DNA from: Tubiluchus corallicola
Lineage: Eukaryota; Animalia; Priapulida
Direction: 5' to 3'
Length of the DNA: 64,000 nucleotides
Assembly (NCBI GenBank): GCA_030141605.1
Contig: JAQGDQ010000114.1
Span: 434,001-498,000 of the forward strand
In this document: piece after piece, positions 27,341 to 39,346 of the stretch
Numbering within the stretch: the stretch's first letter is position 1
Layout of the letters: each line of letters opens with the position of its first letter
Program-made: the position numbers and the translations under genes
Notes under the pieces: model-generated
What the model saw: only the letters and a program-made list of their open reading frames with translations
What the model was told of the DNA's origin: nothing
The model's database searches: none

Positions 27341-28744
27341 GCTAAAAGAGCAAGAGTAGACGCAATTGTAACGAGTATGCGCATGTCACCAGGCCCACCA
27401 GAAGATGCTCAGGAGTGCAAAGATGCATCCCCTTTGAGAAAGCCAAAGCGGAAACAATACATACCCCAGCAACAGGTATTTCAGCAGGACAGTATTCTGT
27501 TTCCTCCGCGTTTGCTAATGGAACGTGATGTTCTGAAATCGCAGCTGCAACAGGTGCAAGAGCAGCTCTTACAAATGCAGCAGAAGTACTCTGAATTGTT
27601 TCCTCTCCACCATAATCCGGAGAAACGAGAACCAGGTTTTCTGTTACACCAGAGTCCTGGCAACAAACAAAGTCAGAACATCGAACATGATAACAACGCG
27701 GAACAGCAGAATCAGTCTACAGGTAGTGACCATCCATCAATAACTAATTTTCCAAAAAGCAGGGAAGAAGTTTGTGATAATAAACTCTCTGGAAGTGAGC
27801 TACCTCATGTATCAGATAACTTAGATCATTCTCGTATAATAGACCAAGCTAGACAATTATTCAATGAAAATGATATACCTGCTGACAAGCGCTACCTTGA
27901 TAAAGTTTACTATACTGATTCTGAGCTTCAAACATTAGCCCATGCTTTGAAAGCTGAGCTAGTTGCATCTGTATCTGTGATCATTGATGCAATTGTTGCG
28001 AGATTTGTTTTACATGTCAGATCTCGGCGGGCAGCTTTTTCCGATACTGCACCACCACCGGCACCATCACATAGTAGTGAATCCATGACAAGTAACAGTA
28101 GTAATAGCCCAAACAGTATTCCTAAAAGCATCTATACCAAAGCAACAGAGAAACCAAAGATTGATATTAAATGTCCGATTCTTCCTCCGTTTGTGCCGCC
28201 AACTGCTCCTACGTATGAAACTCCTATTGTCCATCCGCCAATTCCGAATGGACATCCTTTTTATCATTCATTAAATCCATATGCTTTGTACCATTCCTGT
28301 GGTCTGCCGACTCCACCACCTGCACCAGCTGCTATCTACAAAGCCGCTCTGCATAATGATCATCCAGATCCTATGTCTTTAAGCATTCCGCCAAAAAAGA
28401 AGAGACATAAAGTCACTGACACACGTTTGTCACCAAGGACTAGTACGCGTGTTAATATGGAAGAGCCACTGCATAGAAACATTGACAGCCCATACAATTC
28501 GGTGCCTACTACACTACCCACATCGGTTGCAATTTTAAATCCTAGCCTTCATGAGAACAACATATTGCCAAGTGAGGACCACAGCCTCTCATTTAAGCAC
28601 ATGTCCATGCCACATTCTCCTTGCTATGAGTCTTCACGAGGATCACCTACACCACTATCATTGAAGAAGTCTGATTATGACAGCCCATCGGAAAGGTCGG
28701 GATCAGGAGAATTTGCTCCATATGATCAGCAAGTGATGGCTCAA
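27341..28744 (+). CDS. pros: prospero coding exon 2
   Basis: Acceptor ttttctttcag|GCT; Prospero motifs AKRARVDAIVTSMRMSP, KRKQYIPQQ, LKSQLQQVQEQLLQMQQKY, PKKKRHKVTDTR, LPTSVAILNPSLHE; ends GCT CAA|ATATCCTTT (U12 donor, phase 0). Confidence 0.93.
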
Positions 28745-31700
28745 ATATCCTTTTTAAAGTTTAATATTTTGTATTTTCTAGATAAGTTTATATTTTTGGG
28801 ATCTTTGCGAGAAACAATGACCTGTAGTGAGAAAGTTACTGTATATTGCCACTGAGTTTTACATATCAACTAGGGTTGCACGTAGTGAGCATAAATACGA
28901 CCATGTAGTACATGATACTGTCCTGTTACCCTAGTCCAAGTAAAGTGCCTGCAGGGGATATATTGGCAACCTCTGAATGTGTTCTTTACATCCCACTGAC
29001 TAAACATTTTGTTTTATGACCAAAGCCCACTGAGGCAGAACATTTAGATATGGGTAGATGCAAATAATATCTAACTTTGTATGTTATGTCGTGTCATGTC
29101 ATGTCATGGTACATTATGTTTGGATGTACTAGTTAGAATGATTTCATAAAATAACATGGGAGCATAAAATTTTGAGAAATCACAGACACAGAACATTTAA
29201 AATACTAAGGTTGTCGAAATATTATGAAAACTTTTTTAAAATCATTTAAATTCTTTAGCCATCTAGCTATTACATGCTACTTTGTAGCTGAAATTTTGCT
29301 TACCCATTTTGAACCATTGTTACTTTTGTTTATCAATATGGATGCCGTAGCCCTAACATTAGCTGTTGAAAACTGCAAACAGGAGTTCTTGCTGTCAAGT
29401 GTTTTAGTAGTACTTTTTATATAATCCGCATTTCCTAACAAGTATTATTCCCTGCTTCAGCTTAGCTTTGTGGCTTTTGCCTAGAGTAGGCGGCTGCAAG
29501 AAGTCATTAGCATTATAAAAAAAATCGCTTGTGCCTGAGAAGGAAACGCCACTGTGACAGCATAAGGGCACATTGTGCGCTGATCCTGTAAAAGTGATTA
29601 GAGGCGCTTTGGGCTGTGCATAGTTTCCTTGCTTCATTCGCCCTCTGCGTTCTACCAATATAATTCTGATTTTAATTTGATTGCTATTCCGATTTTAATT
29701 TTAACTGTGCTGCATCGCCTGCCTGCAGCATTGTAAAATTATTGTGTTTTTAAAATTATTTACATTTTTTGCTCTAAACAGCACTGACATTATATAAGTA
29801 TTTTTAAGTTAGACCCAAAAATTAGATTTTTATGTTTGATCACACAAATAAAAGAATTTTCCAACTAAATAGCTAATGATTTAATTAATGGCAGACCTAC
29901 AGTGATAAAACCTACAAATTGTTATGTTTTTGAACATGTCCAACTAGAATAAACGTGAAAAAGGTGGTAATTGAGCTGGGATTTGAACGTGGAACCTTTG
30001 AATTGTTAGCTAACTAATAAAAATTTAGTTTATTATTCTTGTATCAGTGAATTAACACTTAGAAATACTGAAAGTATGGTTGGGCTATTAGGATTGTACT
30101 GGAGCCTGTCTTGATCACCTGAGTAGTTTAGATATCTGTCAGTGACTCATTGAGCTGGTTCAAATCCAGGGTCAGTTCCGATTTTTTTTTACATTTTTGG
30201 CTATGTTTATACTCAAAAACTTTAAAAACTAAGTAAATTTTTCGTGCGTTCAGTAAATATTTCAGGATCCTTTTCTCATATAATTAAGTTGTTCCTCCTC
30301 AGCCCAGATCATTATACCGACCTTCAAAGACAGGAACTGCCATCTAGTAATTGAATTCCGTCTCATGCACACATCGTCTCCAGCAGATACTTAACGGCTT
30401 TTCATTTTCTGATTTATATAAAGTACTATTTCTAATAACCGCTCATATAATTATTACATGGAGCACTTTATCTACGGATAACTAGACAAGATCTGGGAGA
30501 TAACATGATTGTAATCTCGTGAGTAAAGTCACAATGTGTGACGGAAAATGTGACGTTTATGCCACGCCAGGAGTGCTATAAAGGCACGCGTGTGTGTAAG
30601 GCAAGAGGATTCTATATACACTTCAATTTTCCTAATGGAAAATTTTATTTCTCCGATTAAAAGCGTTGTCGTTGAATTGTCTCAAACATATTTTGCTGTC
30701 ATAGTATTTGTGGTCACATGTCCAAGCTCAGAAACTTTAAAATTCCGATATATCATATGTTCCTATTGAGCGTGAGCCTTGATAATTTGAGTAGATACTT
30801 GCATGATCTCTCCATCATGAAAAACTGGAAAACACTTTCCTTCATCATGATTCTGACCATTTGGCAAGACTAAATTGAAGTCACATAAGTCACATTAGTA
30901 TTAAGGAGATAACGAGGCACTTAATGTATTAAGAACTAGATAACAATGGCCGAGAAGAACAGAGAGAGTGGTATCGGTGTTTGCTTGGCTGCGATGGAGC
31001 ACCACTTGATAATAGCCTAACTGATAAATGGATAGGTGACTTTTTGGGAAATTCTAGGCGGTTTCATCTGCCTTACGGTTTTTGGCTATTTCTCTTTTTG
31101 CGGGTGGTTTATACACATCCATAGTGGCTAAGACAACTCTGCTGCGTTAGAGCTTAGAGGATTGTTCTTGAAGCTAGACTCTGACCCACAACTCACAACA
31201 GTTAAACATTAATAATAAGTCCTACTGTCGAGTACAGGATTCCTACATGAAAGAAAGAAATACGAGGACAAGGAGTAAATCATTACTTGAGAGTTGCCTA
31301 AGAGTGCTTTTGGCGTTACTTCTTACCTCCTGGTTTTAGGACAGACAATACATTGTTAGTAGTAAAGGGTGGTTATATACAGAGCTATAATGTGTCATGT
31401 AGTCATTGCTTTCTTCTTGTGTGTTTTTTATTTAAACGACTTAGGATATTTTGCTCCTATGTGGCATATTATAGGTGGTTTCTGAAAACTGAACAACTTC
31501 TCAAGTTACTTTGCCTTACAAGCTACTGACAAAGGCGGGGCTTCTTAGAGCTACTTGACCAATCATGTTTCAGTACGCGGGCTTCGTTTCACCAATGCGG
31601 CATTACATTGCTCGCTTCACAGCTTTCAGTTCTGCAATATTTGCCGCTACATTATTACAATTATTAGACTCGCTAAGAAAATAATTGTCTTGAAAGCTAG

Positions 31701-34700
31701 AATCTTTCCTACAATACTTGCAGCACGTCTAGTTTAGATAAGCTAGCGCAAATTTAAGCTTGAGGCAGGAGCTTAGAGATTTTACTTAGCCAAGGCAAAC
31801 AAGGCCTTCGTGACGAGTTGTATTAAAGAACTTAACTCGGTAGGTGCTAGGAAAGCATTGATTAATAAAGCATAATGGCGTACGATATTTGTTTTTCGTC
31901 TCTGTGACGACAAAATGGCCGCCGTGCACGTGCAAGTCATTATTATGATTGAGAAATAACAGAGCCGTAAAGCACGTATGAAGCCATAGCGTGGTTTCCA
32001 GAACAATTTGCGCCAACAGTTTATATGCTAAGTTGCGATGGCTGACTGATATAAAGTTAGAAGCTTTTGGGAGTGCAGTCGCTAATTGCGATAGGCTGTT
32101 TAATTGCGCCTTAGCCATTAGGCGTAAATTAAATGATTGTTAATTTACATCGGTTTCCGCCTAGCGTGCAGAAAGCAATACGAGATGATTCATCTTACAC
32201 AAGTTAATAAATAAATAGTTGTAAAAACACATTGTCATGCGCCAGCAGCATGTTGATAGATTAAAAACGCCAGTGCCTTTTTACGTTAGATTCTATATTA
32301 ATACACGTACTGGGAATCATGAAAATTCCTTTTCGTTATTAACACAAAAGAATCTGTTTCTCTGCGCAATAGCTATGAAAGGAGTTACAATTACTTTACG
32401 ATACCACTTATATCGATCTCTTATAAAAACTCACATGGGTTTCGTTTTTACGCATGTTTTCGTGCGTTAAGATACCCCATTTATTTCAAGTCACGAAGAG
32501 CTCATAAAGTCTGTGCTGGAAGGAACGTCCAAACATTGAATTGTAAAAAAGTAAGATGTTTGTTAATTTTTTTCAACTTAGATAAAAGTAGCAAAATTTT
32601 GCGTTTCTCATCTATCTAAGCATTCCCTTGAAACACGCACGGTATCGGGGTAATAAATGCATAGCCCTGTGGCCAATTCAAAAATAAACTAGTATTTTCG
32701 GTAAAGTAAATTAAATTAAAGTAAAAAAGAATGGCGTTATAAATCATTTCGTCGCTTTACTTTACAGGGCACTGCCCTGCACAGTATTCTAAATATTTAA
32801 AACTCTGAAGAAAAAAACAAGTGTACATTTCACTTGTAACTTCTGCTGCTCATATTGTTACCTTTGACCTGACACAACATTAACTCTACAGGTTTGATTA
32901 ATGAAGCGTACCTTTACTTAAATCGCTTCCTCTTGATGAGTTACTAATAATTGCCTATCTTGCTGTGATTTCCTAATAAACAGCTCAAGTATTGTTAAGT
33001 GTTGTGTTCATCGTCTTGAAGTGGGTCCCAAAATTTGTTCCTCTTTTTTTATATTTAGGGTCTGAATGATTATTTGTTTGTGGTGCTCAAGTGTGTAACG
33101 TACAGTATATTTTCACTGGAATATTCTTGACCTGAAGAAAGAGTAGACATATAACGATGCAGTTACCTTAAAATAATTAAATGTGGGGTTCTCGGATATA
33201 GATCGTTTAGTACCATGCCAAAGGGTTAAAGGTTACAAGTTATGATTTAGTACATGCTGTTCTACTAAGGATAAAAGTTATTATGTAGTAGAAGGTTTAT
33301 GTCGCAAGGTGGACTTTTAGCATTGAAAACACTGTACATTTTGTGTTTAGTTAAAAGGCAGTAAATACTAAGCGGTCCCAATGTACTATACAACAACGAA
33401 GTTCAGGTTTTAATAATAAAATTATTTAGTTAGCTACAGGTAAGCCAAAGTTATAGATACAGTTAATATTAACAGAACAGATTCTTTAAAGGACAAGAAA
33501 AGGGGTGCCTGAAGTAGGTTTCAGAAAAATCGCCTTAAAAAATTATATTACTTATAGCAATTTTATGAGTATATTGTACTCGCATTAAAATGTATTTTTG
33601 TTTGTTTTGATTTTAAATCTCCCTCAATACTGTTCCAACCGCGCCATTACATGACGTCATACACGCACAACGTAAATCAGGGGAAGAAAAGGAAATGTTA
33701 AACTATGACCCAAGAAACTTTCCACGCAAAATTATGTTACTTAGCATTTCGCTTACCTGCTTGAAAGACTTGTGTAACTAGAAAAGAAAATTATTAATTA
33801 ATTAAAATGCTTTCACCAATTGGTAAAATGTGGCCGACTCACCCTCCGGGATGCGCCACTCACTAACCAGAAACGTATTTTCAATCTTAATGACAAGATA
33901 CAGAAATTTAAAATTTTACTTAGTTAGTAACATGCGTGTTACGAATACTCTGATTATTTTTTCAAATTTTACACAATGTTATCTAAACTTGTTTCAAATG
34001 ACTTATCGTAAAATGGCTGCATTTAACGGTAATCGCGAGAGTTTAAATTTACAGATTTTATGCAGCGTTACTGGTGATTGAAGTCCTGTATGTAAAAAGG
34101 CAGTACGTAAATGATATAAAATTGCAAGACGAATTTTTTAAGCTTTATGTAAGTGGAGGGTTTTCCTGTGCTTTAACGACAAAATATTACTAAGTAATTG
34201 GAGGTGAAAAGTCGCAGATTATGGATTCAGTGCACTATGTGGTAACATGAAGAAGGTTGAGTAACGGAAGGTCAAAAATTCCCTAATTATATTATATCAA
34301 AGAAGTTCTTATGCCAAGATTTTGCATAAGCCAGTGGAGCTCATAATTATTTAGGTGAGAAAAATCTTCAAGTACGGATCTTCAGTTTTTTCATAATGGT
34401 AGAAGTTGGTTATTTGACGGTTGGCCGCAAGTGAAACGATCATATCAGAGCACACTTTTTAGTAAACGTCGAAGCTCACCGTCATTTTATCAATTTATTC
34501 TGTAACTAATTAGCAAAATCACTGGTCTGTAGGGTCTTGCTTTTGTTACGTGGTCATTACCATAAGGTGAAATTTGTTAAATGTGTAATATTTAGGGCCT
34601 GTATCCTGTAATCATGTCTTAAATTAAGTAATGTTATCGTTTTAAATGAAAAACTTATGGTTAATCGCAGCACCAATATATTGATTGTATCGAATTTCGT

Positions 34701-37700
34701 TTTTATGGGCTGCTTAGATGTCTCGTGCTTTCAGTACGCAAACATTCGTGGAGGATTTTTCAACTTTACTTTGTTATTTTTTAACACCAAGTCCATACAG
34801 TTATTGCCTTTTCAGAAGTCTAAGGTTTATAACTATTTCTTAGAAAATAAATTACCGCAAGTAGGGCATAATGTGAACTTTTAAGATAGGGACAAAATTT
34901 GCGTTACATATGTTGTATTGTAATGCATGGTAGTTTCCATTGAGAAGCATGTTTTAACGAATTACGTGTACATGTGTACAAAATGAGTGTGTAACTTCAC
35001 TTGAAAAACGAAGACGCGGGTAATCAGTATATCCAATTGTAATGCAGAAATTATAATAAGTTTTTTTGTGTTTTCAGCAGTTGGCTCATTATTTCGTACG
35101 AAGAGATCTCACTTAATGAAGGCAAAATATTAGTTAATGACAGCACCTTTTTACTTTTCTTTAAGAATTACCGTTACTGACCTTTGACCTCAGTGTAGAA
35201 ACCAGACATATTTCATTAAAGTTGGTAAATGCGTGTATACATGTTAACTTTTCCATTCACTATAGGTTTCTTAAACATTTTGGAACACTGCAACTCAACG
35301 TCAGTGCACAGCTACTTATTTTGAATAGTAGTGCCGATACCTGAATCTAGTCCATTATCAATGATGATTATATTTTAAGATGACACATTAACGTGGCAGA
35401 AGTGACTTATGGTTATGTGCTGAATACATTCTCCATCGACGAGTGAAATATCTGGAAGCAATATCGCACGTAAAACTAAAAATAGGTGAATTGCTTTTAT
35501 TGGTACTATTAATATGGTTGGTATCCATTAACAAGTTGTCTTCGCTGATCTCTGACCTTCGCAGAAGCCAAAGAAGTGAAGTAATAAAACGACGTGTGAA
35601 AACTTGTGTGGAAACATATTGTACTTCTATCAAAAAGTCGCAGAGTCAATACATTGAATCTTTGAAACCTTGTATTTTGTATTTTGAAGAAGGTAGCTTA
35701 GGTAATTTTGAAATATCGTAATCCTTAAATTATAAAGCCATTGCACTTTTCATTAACATTATAGCTTGACTTTGTACTTGTGTTGACGTCGTGCAGTTCT
35801 GCAGTCAGAATATATACTGTATGACCTTTGACCTTGAGACGAAAAACTGAGTAATGTGATTACTAAAGACACTTTCGTCCGTTATGAAATAAAGCGTGTC
35901 GTTAATCCGTGTGATATAGTCACTAATCCCTTCTAGTAGCCTATTATGAACTAGAACTTGTGGTAAATTAAATTAGCACTTGTATTTAGTCTTTTGCACT
36001 CGTACATATATAATGCCTGATGGTCTATTAGTATAGCACAGAAAAATGCACACACTGAAAAGTGGGCCTTGTAAAAAATATGTAGCACTTGACATCATGA
36101 GTTAATGTAACTACCAATGTCAAAGGTGAAAGGCAACGTAAAGACTAACATATAGTGACCAGGATGTTAGAAAACCAAAAATATAATTCCAGTATATTAT
36201 AACTGCATGACCTTTGACACTTTTTATCCAGAACATTTTATGTAAGACAGTTCATAAAAGTAACTGTTTGCCTACGAGTTCGGCAAATTCTTCTACAACT
36301 TTTTTTAAAAATACTTGGTACTAGTAACTAGTGGGAAGCTAAAATATGGCTAATAATAGGTATGCTACCAAAAGTCTCTGCAATTGCATTGATACTTTAC
36401 AGATTTCTGATAGTTTTGTAATTAGCCTTTGGCCTTTGACCTTACCAGCAAACTCAAGTTTAGAAAACTAACTAGCTGTTTTGGAATAAAAGTATAAAGG
36501 ATGTAAATGAAAATAGATACGAAACTATTAACTTTCACTTTAGTGCCGCCAAAGAGTAGAGCCTTTCAGGTAGAGCTTCATTTTTCACTTATTTTGTATA
36601 CAATTGGATAATTTGCAAGACAGAATCTAACATTCAGTGCAGGGCCTACTATATTTAACACTGATATTCCAGGTGTAACGGGAATTTAGCTCAATGAAAC
36701 TGCCTAGAGTTATTACTGCCACCCTTCCATTCACTGGCCAAGCTTGGCATTTTTAACTTTGCCGATAAAAATCACGCAAGTGACCACTCTGAAAATAATC
36801 TCACGTCAGATTATGTTACATCAACATTTAGCTCCTAATTATAGGTGTTCTAGTAGCAGACGACCTTTGACCTTTACCGCTTCTTAATTTCACGAAATAA
36901 TATTGAACCTAGATGTAGAGATAATTGAATCAAAATGACAATGATAGATCAGCCGTCAAAGAGTGAAGATATGCAGGTAGCTTTATTGTTGCACACTTTG
37001 CGTCAAGTTTTGGTGTCAGTAAAAGCCAGCATGTAAGTTTTTCAAGATTGTGATAATATACACCAGAATTTGCACGTTGCATATATATATATATATATGT
37101 ATATATGTATATTCTTAATATATGTCTGATATGTATCTGTTACACAATATTACAATTAACAGTTCGCTTAATGTAAGTTCTGCGTTGTGCTTTTCCATGC
37201 TATTACCTGCTTACTTTTTATCAGTTTCTTAAATGTTCGAAAAGCAAATTATTATCAGCTACATTAATTTTATTAAAAAGAATTTCACAAATATGGTAGC
37301 AGCCCCATTTCTGCTGACCGATAAACCCAACTGATTAGTGTACCATGTAGAAGAGTGTGCGTTGATTCTTATTGGCTACTGCGGTCAAATCTACAAGTGT
37401 TTGTGGGCGGACCATCACAATTTTCTTCATTTTACTCCTCCCACACATTTTTCAAAGTACAGGAGCTGTAACTGGTATAATTTTAAATTTAAATTTTTGC
37501 CTTTTACATTAGCAGCTGTTTAAGGATATAGATTCTTCTAAATTATTGTAATAAATCGAAATTACTTGACTACGCGGTTTTATTCGTGTGTGTCAGCACG
37601 TATAGAGTACCAGTACACCTCACGCTGCCATGTGTTGATATCAGCACCTCAATTTTTTAATGCAGTGCCAGTATGTGAATCCGAAATGCTTACTAGTTAA

Positions 37701-38626
37701 TAACTTTTCTACCAATTGAATTTTTTCATATTATTATATTAGCCAAATTTGTTTTGTTGGTTACACAAACATTTAGGAATATAAGAAATTATTTTAGAAG
37801 AAATATAAAAAAATATTTTTACTTTCAATAATAAGATATTTTCAAATTTGGCGCAGTATACTGTAACAATACCGTATTATATAATATTTAACTGATTTAG
37901 TTAACAGTAAATACGAAACGTGAATTCATCACTGTTTCTTTCGTTATTTTTTTAGCGTTTCTATTTACTTATAGCAGGAAAATGTTATAGCCCATGTCCC
38001 TTTGTTTAAACAACTAAAATGTTCGTATATATATTTAAACAACACAGACACTTTTAGAATTAAATTCAAGTTTTGTCTGTTAGAAGTAATTAGCTAATTA
38101 TCTTGGAAGTGTTAAGTAACATGATTTCACACTTTATAAGTTTGATTATTTTTAAACTTGATCATCACTGCCTCGCCGAATCTCATTATTGTTTTAAGTT
38201 ATTCTCTCTGTGACATTTTCGATTACATCAGAGTTGCTTGGAGAGTCGCACTATTGTTGTTTGAACAGTACAGTCTATGACTGCAACATTTGCTCTGTGC
38301 TATACATGTCACTTATTGCCAAACAGCACATAAATGAATGTGGCGGATATTAGGAACCGATGTTAGGACTCTAACGTCATTATTATTACCGTATAATCCT
38401 AATTATTATGACACCTTTGGCTAAACGAGAACTGCTGCTTTTTTGCGCTGCACCAATAATCTAAAAATAGATCTGATACTTTTATCATAATTGCGAGTTT
38501 AATAAGTGCTATTTGAGCTTTAGATAGGCAGTCATAGGTTTTAATCTTATACCGCTTTAAAAAACCTTATGAGTCTGAGCACGTTTCATTGACTTGTGCT
38601 GATGTTTGCTAGTACTATAACGTCTC

Positions 38627-38812
<186 letters not shown>

Positions 38813-38918
38813 ACCGTGGTAGCGGTAGTAGTAGTGGTACCCCACCCACATCTATTTTACAGTTAGTAGTAGACCCAGCTAAAGAGGCTATTTTTTGTAC
38901 ACTTCGCCCAGCTATTGT

Positions 38919-38975
38919 TATATACTTCGTTTCACTGCAAGTCGGAATCCGACTTACACTGAAGCGAAGTGTGTA
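38919..38975 (+). other. ~28-bp hairpin in the U12 intron
   Basis: tatatacttcgtttcactgcaagtcgga pairs with tccgacttacactgaagcgaagtgtgta, with 3 G:U pairs and 2 mismatches. Confidence 0.65.
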
Positions 38976-39209
38976 AAAAATACTACTAACAGGTTTTTTA
39001 ATTAGGTATTAAGTTAAATGTATACTATAGGCTTCAATAAGGCATTGACGTAAAGAGTAAAACGGTGGAGTTACGTGAAGCCACGCGACCGATAAATTGC
39101 TTTCTTATTCTGAAGAATTGAATTGCAAGAAGCGGGTCATTATTGTTGTACAACCTTTCCTGTTGTTTGGAAATAGAGATTGACGACATTTACTAACCTT
39201 TTATCACAG

Positions 39210-39346
39210 GTATCAGCGATTATTATAAGATGTGAAGTGAAATGCGCAAATTACTTGATTACCCGACGAACTGGTGATTAAATCCAAGTTTATCTGTTGA
39301 CTTTAATTTTCTAACAATTGATTTTTCTTCAGGTGCTCCTGATCCC
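39210..39346 (+). other. Candidate alternative prospero exons 39210-39273 and 39333-39346 ending in a U12-like donor
   Basis: TACTAAC branch + ttttatcacag acceptor; 59-nt GT-AG intron with CTAAC branch and tttttcttcag; ATATCCCT at 39347; 78 nt open in frame with exon 3. No transcript evidence. Confidence 0.45.

Larger units (their letters stand above)
24208..36873. promoter_or_regulatory. Cluster of ~11 DR1-type (AGGTCAnAGGTCA) motifs in prospero introns 1 and 2
   Basis: Perfect TGACCTTTGACCT at 26079, 35178, 35822; 1-2 mismatch copies at 24208, 24505, 32858, 33223, 36117, 36208, 36430, 36861. Function inferred only. Confidence 0.5.

Noticed and set aside
33428-33445. ctacag|gtaagc as a recursive splice site
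   Set aside because: Strong donor but no polypyrimidine tract, and it lies inside a U12 intron.
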